This document shows, piece after piece, positions 15,082 through 15,767 of a DNA stretch of 15,767 bases. The translations under genes and the position numbers were made by a program. Position 1 is the first letter of the stretch, and each line of letters begins with the position of its first letter. A model generated the notes under the pieces. That model was not told the DNA's origin. It saw only the letters and a program-made list of their open reading frames with translations, and did not search any database. Source of the stretch: a virus; IMG/VR virus record IMGVR_UViG_3300045988_125934. One strand, written 5' to 3'.

Positions 15082-15158
15082 ATAAACCAACTCGAAATAG
15101 GTATTGAAAAGAATAATAGAAGCGTTAGTGTTATTAGTGCTTTATCTAAGACACTCAT
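15075..15158 (-). CDS. Micro-ORF of 27 aa predicted to be a single-pass membrane peptide (MSVLDKALITLTLLLFFSIPISSWFIW).
   Basis: GAGGTG lies 7 nt upstream of the ATG. Its stop overlaps the ATG of the 85-aa gene. It is absent from the ORF track only because of the length cutoff. Confidence 0.35.
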   Translation of the reverse strand: MSVLDKALITLTLLLFFSIPISSWFIW

Positions 15159-15179
15159 TTTATCACCTCACTAATCATG

Positions 15180-15368
15180 TTACAAAGACCAATTAGCACT
15201 CAAAGCTTCAAAACCATAGTACGGGCATGCACCACCTCTAAAATACACCCATAAACAACGTTTACCTTTATAATACCCAGAACTAACTTTTACTGAATAA
15301 AATTTACCATGCCTCAAACCCATAGAACCATCTTCACCAATAAACATAGCGTCAATTACCTTAGTCAT
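15180..15368 (-). CDS. First right-end early protein, 62 aa, basic and Gly/Tyr-rich, function unknown.
   Basis: The ATG at 15368 is preceded by the conserved leader and RBS (aaaggggaaaag) that are shared with the left-end first gene. Confidence 0.55.
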   Translation of the reverse strand: MTKVIDAMFIGEDGSMGLRHGKFYSVKVSSGYYKGKRCLWVYFRGGACPYYGFEALSANWSL

Positions 15369-15398
15369 CTTTTCCCCTTTCCCTTATGTGGTAGTTTC

Positions 15399-15430
15399 AT
15401 TGTAGTCGATCTTGGCTATAATTAATAGGG
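15399..15430 (-). promoter_or_regulatory. Inward-facing early promoter candidate at the right end. The -10 is TACAAT, the reverse complement of 15399-15404. It would drive the early operon from the 62-aa gene through to the DNA polymerase gene.
   Basis: Mirror of the left promoter. The leader aatgaaactaccacataagggaaaggggaaaagATG matches the left leader. Confidence 0.4.
15417..15422 (+). promoter_or_regulatory. Outward-facing -10-like TATAAT within gctataattaata, conserved at both ends (the left copy is the reverse complement of 346-351). It points toward the genome terminus and sits upstream of the ITR RBS and mini-ORF.
   Basis: Perfect TATAAT 30 nt upstream of GGAGGT (15453-15458). No good -35 was found. 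Confidence 0.25.
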
Positions 15431-15468
15431 TCAATTTTATTACTTGTTTTTATGGAGGTATTTTCGTT

Positions 15469-15564
15469 ATGAATAATTGGAAAGTTTGGGTGTGGTTTGT
15501 TTTGTGCTGTGTTTGTTGGTGTGTGATTGCGTGGTATGTGTTTTGGTGTGTTGAGGTGGGGTGA
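15469..15564 (+). CDS. ITR-embedded 31-codon ORF (MNNWKVWVWFVLCCVCWCVIAWYVFWCVEVG) reading outward. An identical copy lies on the minus strand at 204-299. It may be a compositional artefact of the G+T-only strand.
   Basis: ATG at 15469 is preceded by GGAGGT with a 9-nt spacer. The frame stays open through the GT-rich tract and ends at TGA 15562-15564. Confidence 0.2.
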   Translation: MNNWKVWVWFVLCCVCWCVIAWYVFWCVEVG

Positions 15565-15767
15565 GTTTTGGTGTGGTGGTTTGTGTTGTGATAGAGAGTG
15601 GTGGTGCTTGGTGGGCCAGGTGAACGGTGTTCATTTTGGTGTTAATTTTTGTTCTTGATTTTGTATTGTTTTATGGGAGTATTATTTGTGTAAGGAAATG
15701 GAGGTTAGTTTTATGGTGTTAATTTTGACATGTAAAATCGTTGGGGTATTTGACTATACTTTTTTAA

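Larger units (their letters stand above)
15370..15767. repeat. Right inverted terminal repeat: 15443-15767 is perfect, 15370-15442 is imperfect. Mirror image of the left ITR.
   Basis: Reverse complement of 15443-15767 equals 1-325. The extension shares promoter, leader and RBS with the left end. Confidence 0.95.

Noticed and set aside
15473-15618. G-quadruplex potential in the GT-only tract
   Set aside because: G-runs are mostly only GG, with a single GGGG. At best a weak two-tetrad structure could form. It is not claimed without a prediction score.
1-15767. tRNA genes, CRISPR arrays, integrase or prophage att sites
   Set aside because: No cloverleaf-like, direct-repeat/spacer or recombinase signatures were seen. 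This fits a strictly lytic, TP-primed linear genome. Detection by eye is imperfect, so absence is provisional.

Overview
The window looks like a complete linear phage genome of 15,767 bp. Bases 1-325 are the exact reverse complement of bases 15443-15767 (inverted terminal repeats), and imperfect homology continues to the first start codon at each end (about 395 bp in total). The gene content is clearly phi29-like (small protein-primed podovirus, Salasmaviridae-like). It has a protein-primed family-B DNA polymerase with all the phi29 Exo and Pol motifs, preceded by a putative terminal protein. It also has a gp16-like packaging ATPase, gp10-like connector, gp9-like tail knob, gp8-like capsid with a C-terminal Ig-like domain, gp7-like scaffold, a gp13-like tail peptidoglycan hydrolase, a coiled-coil tail fibre, a holin plus amidase endolysin, and p5-like (SSB) and p6-like early DNA-binding proteins. 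All large genes sit on the minus strand as one co-linear array running from the right end. A short plus-strand early module (399-990) runs inward from the left end and converges on a hairpin terminator at 977-1000. The lysin with PG_binding_1 repeats and a GC content near 40% suggest a Firmicutes (Bacillus-like) host. The unusual parts are the ends. The ITRs are very long for this phage family and include about 130 nt of almost pure C+A on the 5'-ending strand, so the 3'-ending strand is TG-rich like a yeast telomere. This tract carries degenerate iteron-like repeats. The ITRs also carry back-to-back promoter-like elements, and the outward one is followed by an RBS and a 31-codon W/C/V-rich ORF. 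Other points of interest are an in-frame amber codon splitting a left-end ORF, terminator-like hairpins placed just upstream of the TP gene and of the late operon, a lysis cassette fused to the replication operon, and no recognisable pRNA despite a phi29-type packaging motor. No tRNA, CRISPR array or integrase was recognised.
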